DNA of 63,866 nucleotides, filler included, from Reticulomyxa filosa (taxonomy: Eukaryota > Protista > Foraminifera): the NCBI GenBank assembly GCA_000512085.1. It is 16 parts of 16 records of this genome, joined end to end, with 100 filler letters (N's around TTAATTAATTAA, not from the genome) between each part and the next. Parts side by side here need not be neighbours in the genome. Positions count along the whole stretch, not along the records: positions 16,683 to 28,464 come from ASPP01023503.1; positions 28,565 to 30,965 come from ASPP01009109.1; positions 31,066 to 34,208 come from ASPP01010163.1; positions 34,309 to 36,659 come from ASPP01010465.1; 12 more parts are not named here. One strand, given 5' to 3'. Below, in pieces: positions 24,747 through 36,759 of this stretch; within the stretch, counting starts at the first letter, position 1, and each line of letters begins with the position of its first letter. The notes beneath the pieces are model-generated. The model searched no databases, was not told where the DNA came from, and saw nothing but the letters and a program-made list of their open reading frames with translations. The translations under genes and the position numbers were made by a program.

Positions 24747-27215
24747 TTACTTTGATTTCTCATTGAAATCAGCATCAGCAGTTTGTTCCTATTTGTATTT
24801 GTCCACAAAAAGTTTAAAAAAAAAAAATAATATATATATAATATACAAATTAAAGATTAACATTTGTCTTGTCTGCTTGTTGTTGTTGAGTGCCTTGATT
24901 CTTGCCATAAATTTTTTCACCAATTTTGCTTAATGTTTTATTCAATTTATCTCTTGGGCCCTTCAATTCTTCAGCTGTGGCATTTTGTTTATTGCGAACA
25001 TCTCGCAAATTATTAATACATTCTTGAATTTCTTTGCGTAAATCATCATCAATTTGTGATTTGAATTCTTCTAATTGACTTTCTGCTTGCCAAATCAAGC
25101 TATCTACACTATTTTTTCTTCAGCTGATTGTTTTCTCTTCACATCCTCAGCACGCATTTTCTCAGCATCCTCTTTCATACGACTGATTTCTTCTTTGGTT
25201 AAACCTCCACTGGTTTGAATACGCATGCTATGATCTTTACTGGTGCTTTTATCTTTGGCAGACACATTCAAAATGCCATTTGCATCCAAATCAAAGAGAC
25301 TTCAATTTGTGGACGTCCTCGAGGAGCAGGTGGGATTCCAACCAAATCGAAATGGCCCAAATATTTATTGTCAGCAGCCATTTCTCGTTCTCCTTGATAA
25401 ACTTTAATGCCCACTTGTGTCTGATTATCAGCGGCAGTGCTAAATACTTCCGATTTCTTTGTCGGAATAGCAGTATTTTTCTCAATCAAACGTGTAAATA
25501 CACCACCCATTGTTTCAATACCCAATGACAATGGAGTAACATCAATCAACACAATACCGTCCAATTTTCCTCCAATCACACCTCCTTGAATTGCGGCTCC
25601 CATGGCAACGACTTCATCTGGATTCACCGACTTGGAAGGTACTCTGCCAAAGAATTTTTCCGCAACTTCTTGGACTTTTGGCATACGTGTCATGCCTCCG
25701 ACTAAAATGACCTCTGCAATATCTGATTTGTTAATGGAAGCATCTTTCAAGCATTGTTCGCAAGGAGGAATTGTCTTTTGGATCAATTTGTCAACCAAGC
25801 CTTCAAATTTGGCTCGGGTCAATTCCATATCCAAATGCTTTGGGCCACTGGAATCCGCACTAATAAATGGAGCACTCAAATCTGTCTTAGTGGCGCTGGA
25901 GAGCTCAATTTTGGCTTTTTCTGCAATTTCTTTCAGACGTTGAACTGCCAATGGATCTTGCAGCAAGTCAATTTGCTGTTGCTTTTTAAATTCGTTACCG
26001 ATATATTTCAACAGTTCATGGTCAAAGTCCTCTCCACCCAAAGCTGTGTCTCCATTGGTTGCCATCACTTCAAACACTCCCTCGCTCAATGACAATATAC
26101 TGATATCAAACGTGCCTCCGCCCAAATCATATACCGCCACAATGCCGTCTTTTTTTGGATCGGCCACGCCTGAGTCTTTGCCAATACCATAAGCCAAAGC
26201 TGCTGCAGTTGGTTCGTTCAACACTCTTTTTACCTGTGTATGCAGATTACAAAAAAAAAAAAAAAAAGGGGCATAGTGTTTTCATATAATCTTTTTTGCA
26301 TTAAACCTTACTCTTATATTATTCGAATTGCAAACACGTTTCAAAAAAAAAAAAAAAAAACACAAATATATAAACGTAACATTCAGTCCAGCAATGGCAC
26401 CAGCATCCTTAGTTGCCTGTCTTTGTGAGTCGTTAAAGTAGGCCGGTACTGTAACTATCGCGTCTGTTACCTTTGATCCAACGTATGACTCAGCCGTTTC
26501 TTTCATTTTTTGTAACACAAACGACCCGATTTGTGATGGGCTGTATTTCTTTTGTGTTACATCACAATGAACCCATGCGTCGCCATTGTCTCCTCGAACG
26601 ACTTTGTATGATAAATGTTTTGAAATTTCTTGTGTTGCTGGGTCCTCAAATCGTCTTTTTTTTTTAAAAAAAAAAAAAAATAATAAGTTTAGAGTTTTTT
26701 TAAATTTTTTTCTTTCTCTTCACCCCTCCCCCTTTTTCATTCATATACCCCCTTTTTTTTTGTGACAAGAAAATTCCCAAATTTTCTGAGTCCTCTTTCT
26801 TCCTCAAGTACAAACCTTCCAATCAAACGCTTGGTGGCGTAGAAAGTGTTTTTTGGATTGGTTATTGATTGTCGCTTTGCAGGCATACCCACCAACTTCT
26901 CCACTTGGCCTTGTTTATTTGCAACAAATGCAACAACTGAAGGAGTGGTGCGTCCACCTTCACTGTTTTCAATAATTTTTGCGCTTCCTTCATATATCGC
27001 CACTGCACTATTGGTTGTCCCTAAGTCGATACCTATTATAGCATTTCGGCGTGCTATTTGTTGCAATGTGCGATTCGGCGTGACAAAATTCTATACAACA
27101 TTTCCAAACAAGCTTTCAAAACCAAAAAAAAAGTAGCTCAACAAAAATAACATCATCACCAAAAACTTACATGGTGTGCTACGTTTCGTGTTAAACGCGA
27201 AACTAACGAAGTCAT
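24747..27215 (-). CDS. HSPA9: Mitochondrial Hsp70 (mortalin/Ssc1-type), multi-exon
   Basis: Arg-rich presequence [15 protein letters not shown]|[16 protein letters not shown]. Motifs [48 protein letters not shown] and [10 protein letters not shown]. Two single-base frameshifts in homopolymer runs (~25290, ~25110). Confidence 0.95.
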
Positions 27216-27790
27216 TATCGTATGGTCAATAAGATCAATGCAGTTTCAAAAACTGTTTGAGGCAAGGAAAAAAAGTTCAAAAGAACTTATCAACTTAAAC
27301 CCAAAACCCCCGTCTTTTTTCACAAAAAAAAACTAAAAGTAACGTAACAAGACCAACAAGAGTAATCTTTAAAACATTGACTGTGAAATAATTTCGATAA
27401 AATTAGTTTGGAACGAACATACAACAAAAATTCAAAATTTTTCTATAATTTTTCGAATTGTAGTTTAATACTTTGATATTTTTCTGTTTTTCACTTGTAT
27501 TGAACAAATGAAATTGAATTTTCAAACATCACAATACCAAAGGTATTTGACTTGTCACGGTAATTTCTAGAATTTTCTTGTATTTTGATATGTTATGTTT
27601 GAAATCTTTAACTTCGTTTGAATTTCATTAGCCAAAAGTAGCAACAGCCAAGTAACTCTCAACTGACGAGACATTACTTTTGATTGTGCTCCTCATTAAT
27701 GAAATAACTTATGAAAAAGAACACAAAAATTTCAATGAAAAAATGCATGATTCTGTATTTTTCATTGAACTTGTTTTTTTCAAGGATACT

Positions 27791-28204
27791 TTATACAGTT
27801 TTTATCTTTACATAATATTTCCTTCTCTTTTTTTGTAAGTGTGCATCTTTTATTCCGATGCTGAGTACTTCAATTGCATCAAACATTACATACTTCTCCT
27901 TTGAAGACACTAGGTGTTCAGCTACACCGTTAACAGTATGGTGTATGTTATCCGCACTACTTTCCGGCAAGTATTTTTTTAATATTGGTTGATATACATT
28001 TGTATCTGCCATTGGATTTAATTCGCTCTGAACACCTTTAATGTTGTCATTTCCATTATCAAGCATCCACATCAAATCAGTGGTCAAATCCAACTTCTGG
28101 TCATTTTTGTCTGTATCTTCGATATCTTGTAAAAATCGAAGCCAATCAGAAACTTTGTCCCCAACACGGATTCGATTGATAGTTAGTCCATTGAGTACAG
28201 ACAT
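27791..28204 (-). CDS. Hypothetical protein
   Basis: 137-aa ORF with protein-like composition in AT-rich surroundings; no family recognised. Confidence 0.35.
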   Translation of the reverse strand: MSVLNGLTINRIRVGDKVSDWLRFLQDIEDTDKNDQKLDLTTDLMWMLDNGNDNIKGVQSELNPMADTNVYQPILKKYLPESSADNIHHTVNGVAEHLVSSKEKYVMFDAIEVLSIGIKDAHLQKKRRKYYVKIKTV

Positions 28205-28619
28205 TGTATATCTCTTTAATCCCTCTTTTTACTTAGTTAATTTATTAAAATGAAACGTTTCTCAGCATTCTTTTCAAAAGTGTTTCATAATAAAAATTAA
28301 ATATTTATCTCATTTTTCTCATCTAAACAAGCCATTACCATTATTTCTAATATGTTGGTAATGTTTCCACTTGTTAAAAAAGTTGACAAATTTTATGAAT
28401 ATAAGAAAAAATTCAATTATTATGTGTTATCTTTGCATGAAGATATTTCATAAAGAACTAATTGNNNNNNNNNNNNNNNNNNNNNNNNNNNNNNNNNNNN
28501 NNNNNNNNTTAATTAATTAANNNNNNNNNNNNNNNNNNNNNNNNNNNNNNNNNNNNNNNNNNNNAAAAAAAAAAGGGGGTCTATTACAACCAAAAAAAAA
28601 AAAAAAGGAGAGTAAGTAA

Positions 28620-29040
28620 CCTGTTTCTCCTGGACCAGTAAATATAATTCGGAAGGTTGTTTTGGAAGTGTCTTTTTGCTCTTTCAAAAATTTGTTAATT
28701 TCTTTGTTGTATTCCGCTTCCATTTCGTCGTCCACATCCGATTTGCTCAGTTTTGAAAATGACTGTTTTTTCGCAATTTGCTGTCCTGTCTCTGTCCTGC
28801 CTTTCTCGTTGTTTACTTGCTCCAACATTTTCTCGTCGTCCTTCATTTCATCGGCTTTTTTTTTACGCTTTCTCTACGTTAGTTTGCATCCATTGTTCAA
28901 TTCATTCACATCACATATACATACACCCCAATACACTACAATTTATGTATTAACAAAAAAAAAAAAAGGGGGGGGGGTGTCGGCTCTCTTTACTCGATCT
29001 TTTCGTTGTTGTGTTTGCTTTCAAATCCTTTTTGCTCATT
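28620..29040 (-). CDS. Heterotrimeric G-protein alpha-like subunit, N-terminal fragment
   Basis: NKEINKFLKEQK...FRIIFTGPGETG followed by a GT donor. Resembles the G-alpha N-helix plus the LLLGxGESGK P-loop. Truncated by contig end. Confidence 0.6.
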
Positions 29041-30064
29041 GCATTCATCTTAAACAAAAAAGCAACAGCATGAACTTTCCAAGAGACAACATACAGAAAA
29101 AAATGGCATTCTTTCAAAAATGATGCTTGAGATATATGTATTTGCAACTCCTAGCAAAGAAAAATTTTCTGGGATCTATCCTCAAACTGAACTCGCTACT
29201 TGTGTAGAAAACTTAATGACACTTATTTTTATTTCTCACTTGCAATGTTACATCATTAGACATACACAATCAACCATAAAAAGTACCTCACCTAAAATCA
29301 ATTGCAGTAAAAAATGAAATTTTCAATGAAGACTCAACATTTTACAAAGACTTTTAAAAATAATAGCTGCAGAATCCAAAGATGTGATATTGTCTAAAAA
29401 GTTATTGTAATATATTGATTTTTCATTTTTTTTTTGCGCAAGACGCAGTCAGCACCAAATTTGCTAATGAGATTGAAGTGAGCGTTTGGCATTTTGTCGA
29501 ATGACAAAGAATATAAATGATATAAATACATAAACAAAACTCACAGACTGATAATATAATGCAGCAATAGCATAAACAATACATTGTTGATAAAGGATTA
29601 ATATACTTTATTTCATCGATATTGTCAACGCAGAGAAAGGGACATACAAATATATGAGAATATTGAACTAAGCTGATGAACTCCGTCTAAAATCTAATAT
29701 GTGTGCGTAGTGCATAAACATTGCAAACTTTTTTTACACAAAACTAATAGCTAAATTTTGTTTTTAAATGAGTGTGGCTTGAAAAATTGTTATTTTTCAT
29801 TTCATTGATGCTATATCACTTTTGAGATTGTGTATCTTCGGCTTGGGAAATCATTATTTTCCCAAAAAAAAATTAAATTTTTCCAAAAATCTCTTCAATC
29901 AGCTTTCTTTTATTCACTTATTTGATAAGTTTTTCTTTAATTTAACTTTTCTTTTCAGTAAAAATTTACTTCACAAGTACAAACTTTTATATCGCTTTCA
30001 AACTCTTGCGGTTTTTTTTTTTGCAAACTTATCTGTTTGACATTAATATCAACATTAATCAATT

Positions 30065-30946
30065 ATGTCGTCACAATTGCCTAGATTAAATTCCCCGCTT
30101 CTCCACAGGTAATATGACAAAATTAAACCAAATTTTTTGTTGGCACCAACTTTTATTTTGCAATTGCCAAATCTAAAAAAAAGTGACCCAGAAGCACCGC
30201 AAGGACCAGAAAGAGACCAAGCAATACAAGTAACAACGAATCAAGGAGCAGAAGAAGTTTCTTGGAGTCGCTATTTGCACCAAGTGAATTACAAAGATGA
30301 TACATTTTTCTTGGGATGGTACCGCAACAAATTAGACAAAAAGTCAGAAGACGAATCAGGTACAGCTGGCAGTAACCACTCGAAACAAAAGACAACAAAG
30401 GAAAAGCCAAATGAAAAGGAGGATCAAAAATCAGATAACAATTCGGACGAAGAATCGGATGAAGAGCGTTTGCAGGAATTGTTGAAAGACACCAATGCAT
30501 TTAAGGTTTTTTATAACATTATGCGTGTGTGTGGTGTTTTGTTTTTTTTTTTTAATTATACGTATGTAATGTTTTTCCTCGTACGTATACTAAATATCTT
30601 AACAACTGAAAAAAAAAAAAAAGTATTTCAAAGAAGAAACGAGAAAGAACTTTTTTAAGAATTTTGGACTCAGACACTTTCGACTTAAAACGACAACTAA
30701 TTCGACGGATAGTGTTTATTGACAGCAAAATCAAACACGTGGTGAATGTGGACACCACACAGGAAACCTTTCGTGTGAAATTTCACTTTTATCTGACGTG
30801 GTTAGCCACAAATGAAGAGTACAATGATTATCAAGAACACAAGAAAAAAGTAGAACGCAAAAAAGTAACCGAGTCGTGGGAACCCAAATGGCGACCACAA
30901 ATTGAATTCCCTAATGCTGTCGATACTCACAAATATGAACAAACAA
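30065..30946 (+). CDS. Pentameric ligand-gated ion channel-like protein, N-terminal part (3' truncated)
   Basis: VFIDSKIKHVVNVDTTQETFRVKFHFYLTW...WRPQIEFPN resembles the pLGIC extracellular-domain beta1-beta2 strands and WxPxIxFxN motif. Preceded by a long hydrophilic N-terminus over several exons. Confidence 0.6.
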
Positions 30947-31065
30947 GTTACTTTTTTTTTTTTTTNNNNNNNNNNNNNNNNNNNNNNNNNNNNNNNNNNN
31001 NNNNNNNNNTTAATTAATTAANNNNNNNNNNNNNNNNNNNNNNNNNNNNNNNNNNNNNNNNNNNN

Positions 31066-31574
31066 TTGAAAATATACTACTTCACATATGCATAAAGACA
31101 TAACAGTTTACAATGTAGGAATAATAGCCAGTGGAATAAGAAAATCCAGCCAACCAATATCTATCGTAATTAAGAGCTATTGCTTGGGCAGAGCCCAAAC
31201 CAGTTTGACCAATTAAGCTTAGGGGTTGGAGTTACACACATTCATCTTGTACAAATTACCATTTGAATCGAATGTCCATATCTCTTGATTTGTTGGATTT
31301 AAGGTCATGTCGTTCACTGTAATGCTTAGATTTCGTATTGCGTGAATCACCCCAGTCGGGTAATCAATTCCATACAAGGTAGTGCCAGCTTTCCATTTTT
31401 ATTTTTTCCACAAAAAAAAAAAAAGAAAAGTCGTTTTCTTTCTGTAGCTTCGCAAACCAACAAAAAAGAAAGACAAAATTTAACACCTGTTGCCAAAATA
31501 CAGCCACAAGAGGAAGTAGCATTAGCTCTGCCAAAAAAGAAAGGCCAGAGAAGCAGAAAAAACAACATAACCAA
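31066..31574 (-). CDS. Putative secreted beta-propeller-like protein fragment (frameshifted)
   Basis: Signal-peptide-like MLFFLLLWPFFFGRANA, then after an intron LYGIDYPTG/VIHAIRNLSITVNDMTLNPTNQEIWTFDSNGNLYKMN/KLIGQTGLG. Frameshifts fall at G and C runs. Confidence 0.4.
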
Positions 31575-32269
31575 AAAGATAGTGAACTTTTCAAGGGGAG
31601 CTTGTAGTTACGTGTTTTTTGTCTCTCCAAGATAAAAATAACGTCTCTTTATTTCTTTCTTTTTAAAATTGGGTTATATTTTTTTTTATTGAGTTAAAAG
31701 CTATTGTTCAGTATTTTTTCCTAAAATTTCTTTGTTTTTCAATCAAAAAGTTGAAATGTCTAGTGGTATCGACTTCTTTCTAAACTTACTTATACTTTTT
31801 TCACTATCTTTGTTTCATTTTGTTTAACTTCTCGTTTTCTTTAGTGAACTTGCTCAAAGAGCAACAGTTCGTATTACACTTAGCGCAAAGTTCTCTATGA
31901 GCAATTTGTCAATAAAAGAAAGAAGCCAAAGAAATAAATGACAACAGATAACACAACAAAATAAGAAAGTGAGAGTTAAGTTTGTGAAGAAGTTTTAAGA
32001 AAAAGGGATTTCAAGATTCAAACGAACCTTGGCGTAAAACAGTAGGGTCTTGCCTACACGTTACAGTTATTTATTAATAAGTTGTGTAAAAATTCGACAT
32101 GCAGCAAAATGCAGTGCAAGTGCTTCGATTAAAGTTGTTGCATCGATATGTAATTTTTTAACTCTGCCAAAACATAGTTTACTGGCAACAAATTCTTAAT
32201 AACTAAAATTAATACGCTAACAAAGAATGTTTTGGGCAAACTTTTGAAAATGAAAATTCTTCACAAAAT

Positions 32270-32511
32270 GACCAAAAATGAAGAAATCCAACCCCCTAAA
32301 ATGAACCATTACAGACATTTGTAAGTTTATTCAAAAATTTTAAAAAATGAAATCTACGCGTCTGAAAAATTCAAAAATGTATTTAGTTTTAACAAAAGTG
32401 TAGAAATAATCAAAAAATCGTCAATGTTTTTCATATTTTGAAAATTTTGAAAAGATGTTATTTTTTCATGAATAAACTTACAAATGTTCATAGGGATTTA
32501 TTTTTGTGGTC
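32270..32511. mobile_element. MITE-like element with terminal/subterminal inverted repeats
   Basis: Perfect 19-bp inverted repeat acatttgtaagtttattca (32315-32333) / tgaataaacttacaaatgt (32469-32487), with outer imperfect gacc...aaatcc / ggattt...ggtc ends. A related arm lies at 48613-48644. Confidence 0.55.
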
Positions 32512-32757
32512 GGTTAGATAGTTTGACAGCTGACAAATAAGGTAATAATTAGACAAAAATCGAATAACTTGTACAAGTTTTTAAAAGAATTGTTTGGGTA
32601 ACAAAAGACAAGACCAGAAATAGGGAAACAACTCACAAACAAAAAAAAGATTAGTTTAGCATGTCCCGTGAATCAGAGGTACTGCAAATTAAATACGTCA
32701 AAAAAAATAAGAATCAAAAGTGAATAAACAGCTAGATGATAATACTTGTTTGTTTAG

Positions 32758-34070
32758 GTGTTAGAAGAAGTCAACCAAACAGAGACTGGGACAAATGGTT
32801 CCAATATCAATTACGAGAAAGATGGTTCTTCGACAGAAGAAATAAATGAAACATTGCAAGCTAATGCAAATGAAAACACCAACCAAGGTACGACTAAAAG
32901 CTGACGTGTATTTTGTTGTTGTCCCCTTTTTTGTTTTGTTGTTGATAGTTCTCCCATCCTCTCCAAAGTGAACACGTTCATTGTTTTCCAATTGTTTATG
33001 TTTTTTTTTTGGAAAAATTTCGGGACAATAGAACTGCATGATACTGAATCAGAGGATCCCTTAGATGACATACAAAAAGAGTTACAAATCAGCCAAAATA
33101 ATAAGCATTCCTTAATGAATGAAATAGAAGAGGTAATTCTGACCGACAAAGGGAGAGAGAATGTGTGCAAAAAATTTTTTTATTGTGTATATATAACTTT
33201 TGTAATATCGTATTATTTTCAATCTTTTCAATCAAGCCTATGTGCTTCTTTGTCCCATTCCTTTCCCCCCTTTCTATCTTTTGTGCTTGTTGCGTAAATG
33301 CGCAAGCGCGCTTTTTATGTGTGTTTCTTTTTGTTGGCAAAACATGCGTCCCCTCCGTCTCCCTCGTTTCTTTCTGACCATTTTTGGCAAGTGTACACAA
33401 CCACATTCTAAAACTATTTTTTGTGCAAAAAAAAAAAAAAAATTGGTCAACACACAGCTTCGACAAGAATACCTCAAAGTTCAACAGCAACGTATGTTTA
33501 TTATAGACTTTTCCAGGACAATTTTATCTTTTTTTTTTTAAAAAAAAAAGGGGGAGGAGGGATGAGCTAAAAGTGGGAGAGAGGGGGGGGGGAAAAAAAG
33601 ATTGTTATTTGTTTATTTTTTTTGTTGTGAGAAAATGGATGCGAGAGTGTGCCGTTGTGTGCTCTCAAACGGACAGACAGGAATGAAGCTTTGCGTTACA
33701 GCAAAGTGGTGACACTGATAAAACAACAACAACTAACAAAAACAGTGAACGTAAAACAAATGAATGAAGAGGTGAGCCGTCAACTTGATGGAATGAAGGA
33801 ATTGACAAATGAAGAAGAAGAAGACGAAGAAGACAATGCATATTTTGAAACAGGCAATACCAATCATTACAATGGCTTCGAAGTGCACGACGCGAATGAC
33901 GAGGCTTCGATGTTGCGAATGCTGCAAAAGGTTGTCGTGGAGAGAGACTTCCTCCACAATGCTGATGACGTTAACACGCTACGCTCGCACGTGTCGCAAC
34001 AATTGCGCTCTCTGAGACAAGACGTCCTTGCTTTACAAGTTTCGGAGAAGGCACAAGAACAACAATGTTT
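32758..34070 (+). CDS. Hypothetical multi-exon coiled-coil/acidic protein (partial)
   Basis: Exon-like segments VLEEVNQTETG..., ELHDTESEDPLDDIQKELQ..., LRQEYLKVQQQ and DRNEALRYSK...LRSLRQDVLALQ, separated by GT-AG introns. Confidence 0.5.
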
Positions 34071-34308
34071 TGTTTTTGTTTTGTTTTTTCAAAGTTGGTT
34101 AAAAATGACTGACTTTATTGTCAAAAGCCTCAATGGCCAATCTCAATCATTTAAATCACACAACATTGATTGCAAATTTGTTGACTATTACATTTTTTTG
34201 TTTTGTTGNNNNNNNNNNNNNNNNNNNNNNNNNNNNNNNNNNNNNNNNNNNNTTAATTAATTAANNNNNNNNNNNNNNNNNNNNNNNNNNNNNNNNNNNN
34301 NNNNNNNN

Positions 34309-34737
34309 GACTTCAAAAGGACAGTGCAAATGGCAATACCTTTGGCTCGCAAGCACAGATAGGGGGACTTGTCATTGTGACAATGGCAATGCCAGGAGGA
34401 ATGGAGGCCGTGTCTTTGAGAACGCGGAGCTTGTCAACACCGATGAACTCGACTCCGTTTGGAAAGGAGTTCTCGTCGTAGCCGGATAGGAAAGTGCGCA
34501 CGCGATGATAGAAGACGTGCGAGTCCAAACGGTCGTACGTCTGCTCCAGTATTTCCACGATCTTCTTCATTCGAACGATCATTTGCGACAAGTTGTCTTT
34601 GATCCCTTGCAAGTCCACTTTCTTTTTCTTATCTTCGTTGGCATTCAACAACTCGCTGTATATATTTATCATGCTTTGCAGTATCATTCCACCTTGCGCC
34701 TCAATTTGTGCCGGGATCAAAAAGAACCATTGCTCGT
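34309..34737 (-). CDS. Indoleamine 2,3-dioxygenase family, internal exon
   Basis: DEQWFFLIPAQIEAQGG...LDSHVFYHRVRTFLSGY...FPNGVEFIG matches the IDO DExWF..xEA.G and D..VFY..xR.FL.G motifs. Confidence 0.8.
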
Positions 34738-34783
34738 CTTTTTGTCAGTCATTACATTGTAAGGATTTAAAATATATAAAAAT

Positions 34784-34815
<32 letters not shown>

Positions 34816-34857
34816 AATATATATACATATATATCTATATATATGTGCATATATATA
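34784..34857. repeat. (TA)n microsatellite
   Basis: Imperfect TA dinucleotide run between the IDO exon and the Kelch exon. Confidence 0.85.
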
Positions 34858-34908
34858 GATTTTCAGGTTTGTTTAAAAAAAAAAAAAAAAAATGAAATAA
34901 ATAAAAAG

Positions 34909-35794
34909 TGGCTACCCGGATCTAGTTCAATTTCCAAATTACACAGTATTTGTAACTGGTGGGATTCATGGAAATGCTTTGCACCGCAAAAGTGAAATCT
35001 TTTATGCCGACGTTGCGCAATGGAACACGACGGCGCCGCTGAAGCAGGCGCGATGTGGACACATATCGGTGTACATGGGCCACACGCAATGGAAGAATGT
35101 GTTGCAGGGCTCGACGTACAAGTGGAAAAGCGCGAGCACTGTGGCCCCTCCTGGACGTGTGAGCAGCTTGTCGCTGGATCGGTATGTGAGTGAACTCGGG
35201 GCGTTGAATGTCACGTTTGAGGACTGGAAAATGTCGAGTGGGTTGTCTTGTCAAGTATTCGTCGGTGGCGGACGGCGCGAACATGGAGTCAATTTGACCT
35301 CCTGCGAAGTATACAATATCGAACAGAATCGATGGCATGTCGTGGCGAGAGCGCCGTTCAGCAATGATGGCTATCAGTCTGGCTGTTGGTGGGGCAGCAG
35401 ATCTGCTGTGGCCATGGCTGGAGGCACAAGCAACGATGATGGAATTGCTCTGTTTCATCCGTCGACAAACAGATGGGAAACATTCACTCATCTGCGCAAA
35501 TCGGTAACCAACTCTTTTCCTACCAAGGAAAAACACTCTGATACTATTCAATTCAACCACTTCAGTCCTGTCTTAGGCACTGTCTGGCTGCATGACAGGG
35601 AGTATCTCTACTTGCTTGGTGACGACTACAAATTCAAAACTTTGGAAATCTTTGACGATCGCTGCAACCAATTCATACCCATTGGCATTTCTATGGTCAC
35701 TGTCAACGGCAGTGACTCACAATCACAAATGAGAGACCAATTGTATAATTTGACCAAAAAGAAACAATTTGACTGCTTTTTATCCTGTCAATAA
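34909..35794 (+). CDS. Kelch-repeat protein, last exon (5' part absent)
   Basis: VFVTGG...SEIF...WNTTAPLKQARCGH; VFVGGG...CEVYNIEQNRW; AMAGG...FHPSTNRW. The frame is open back to an AG acceptor at 34907-34908. Confidence 0.8.
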
Positions 35795-36118
35795 ATTTTT
35801 TTTTTTTTTTTGCGAGGGCAGCTTTAATGTCCTTTTTCGTGCGTGTGTGTGCCTTTTTTTTCTTGTCTCTTTCTATCCACATCATTGTAAGTTTTGTTGT
35901 CGCTGATTATTATAGTGTGGTCAGCAAAACATTTCTTTCAACTACTGCGTGCATGTTAAAAGAAAATTCTACAAAACTGCCAACTCGGCATGTTTCGCTT
36001 ATTGTCATTATTATTTGAATTTTTTTTACAGTACTTTTGTCACGTCTGTATTGACAACTTCACGTCGTGAAAGAAAGGGGGTGTTTAAAAAAAAAAAGAC
36101 AAAAATAAAAAAAGTGAA

Positions 36119-36570
36119 ATGTCTTTCTCGACAAATAAAGAAGAGGAAATTAAGAAAGTGTGTGAAGCACTGAATAAAGTCCATGATGGCTCCTCGTCAA
36201 CACAGACGCGCAACACAGCGCAAGCGTACCTGGAGAGCATAAAAACGGGAAACATTGATAAGTGCATCGCAATTTCAAAATACTTTGATACACAACCGGA
36301 CACAATATACCAACATTTTGCATATCACTGCTTGGATCATTTGTGCACAATCCGTTGGAAGGATTTGACAACAAAACAGCAGGAAGCGCTGCAGCAGCTG
36401 ACACTGGAAATGTTCCGCAAATGTAAGCAACCGGAACATGCCAAGAAGTTTTCCAGCTTCGCAAAACGTCAACTATGCAAAGTAATAGTTTCCATTGCGG
36501 TAAGATGTTGGCCAAAGAATTGGGAATCCCTGATTCCAGAGTTATTCAAATATGTCGGACAAGACTCAGT
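36119..36570 (+). CDS. Exportin-5/importin-beta family, N-terminal exon (3' truncated)
   Basis: EALNKVHD..S..TRNTAQAYLESIK...QHFAYHCLDHLCTIRW...KRQLCKVIVSIAVRCWPKNW matches the IBN_N plus Xpo1 domain pattern. Confidence 0.78.
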
Positions 36571-36759
36571 TTCGGGCATTAAAAATAGAAAATTTTTTTA
36601 TTATTATTATTTTTTTGGACAAGAAATTTCCGACGCAAATTCTTGAGAAAAAGGGGGGGNNNNNNNNNNNNNNNNNNNNNNNNNNNNNNNNNNNNNNNNN
36701 NNNTTAATTAATTAANNNNNNNNNNNNNNNNNNNNNNNNNNNNNNNNNNNNNNNNNNNN

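Noticed and set aside
25104-25300. Programmed frameshifting or pseudogenisation of mtHsp70 (also the zinc-finger, Kelch and PqaA genes)
   Set aside because: Shifts fall in homopolymer runs of an otherwise conserved essential gene, typical of pyrosequencing-type indel errors.
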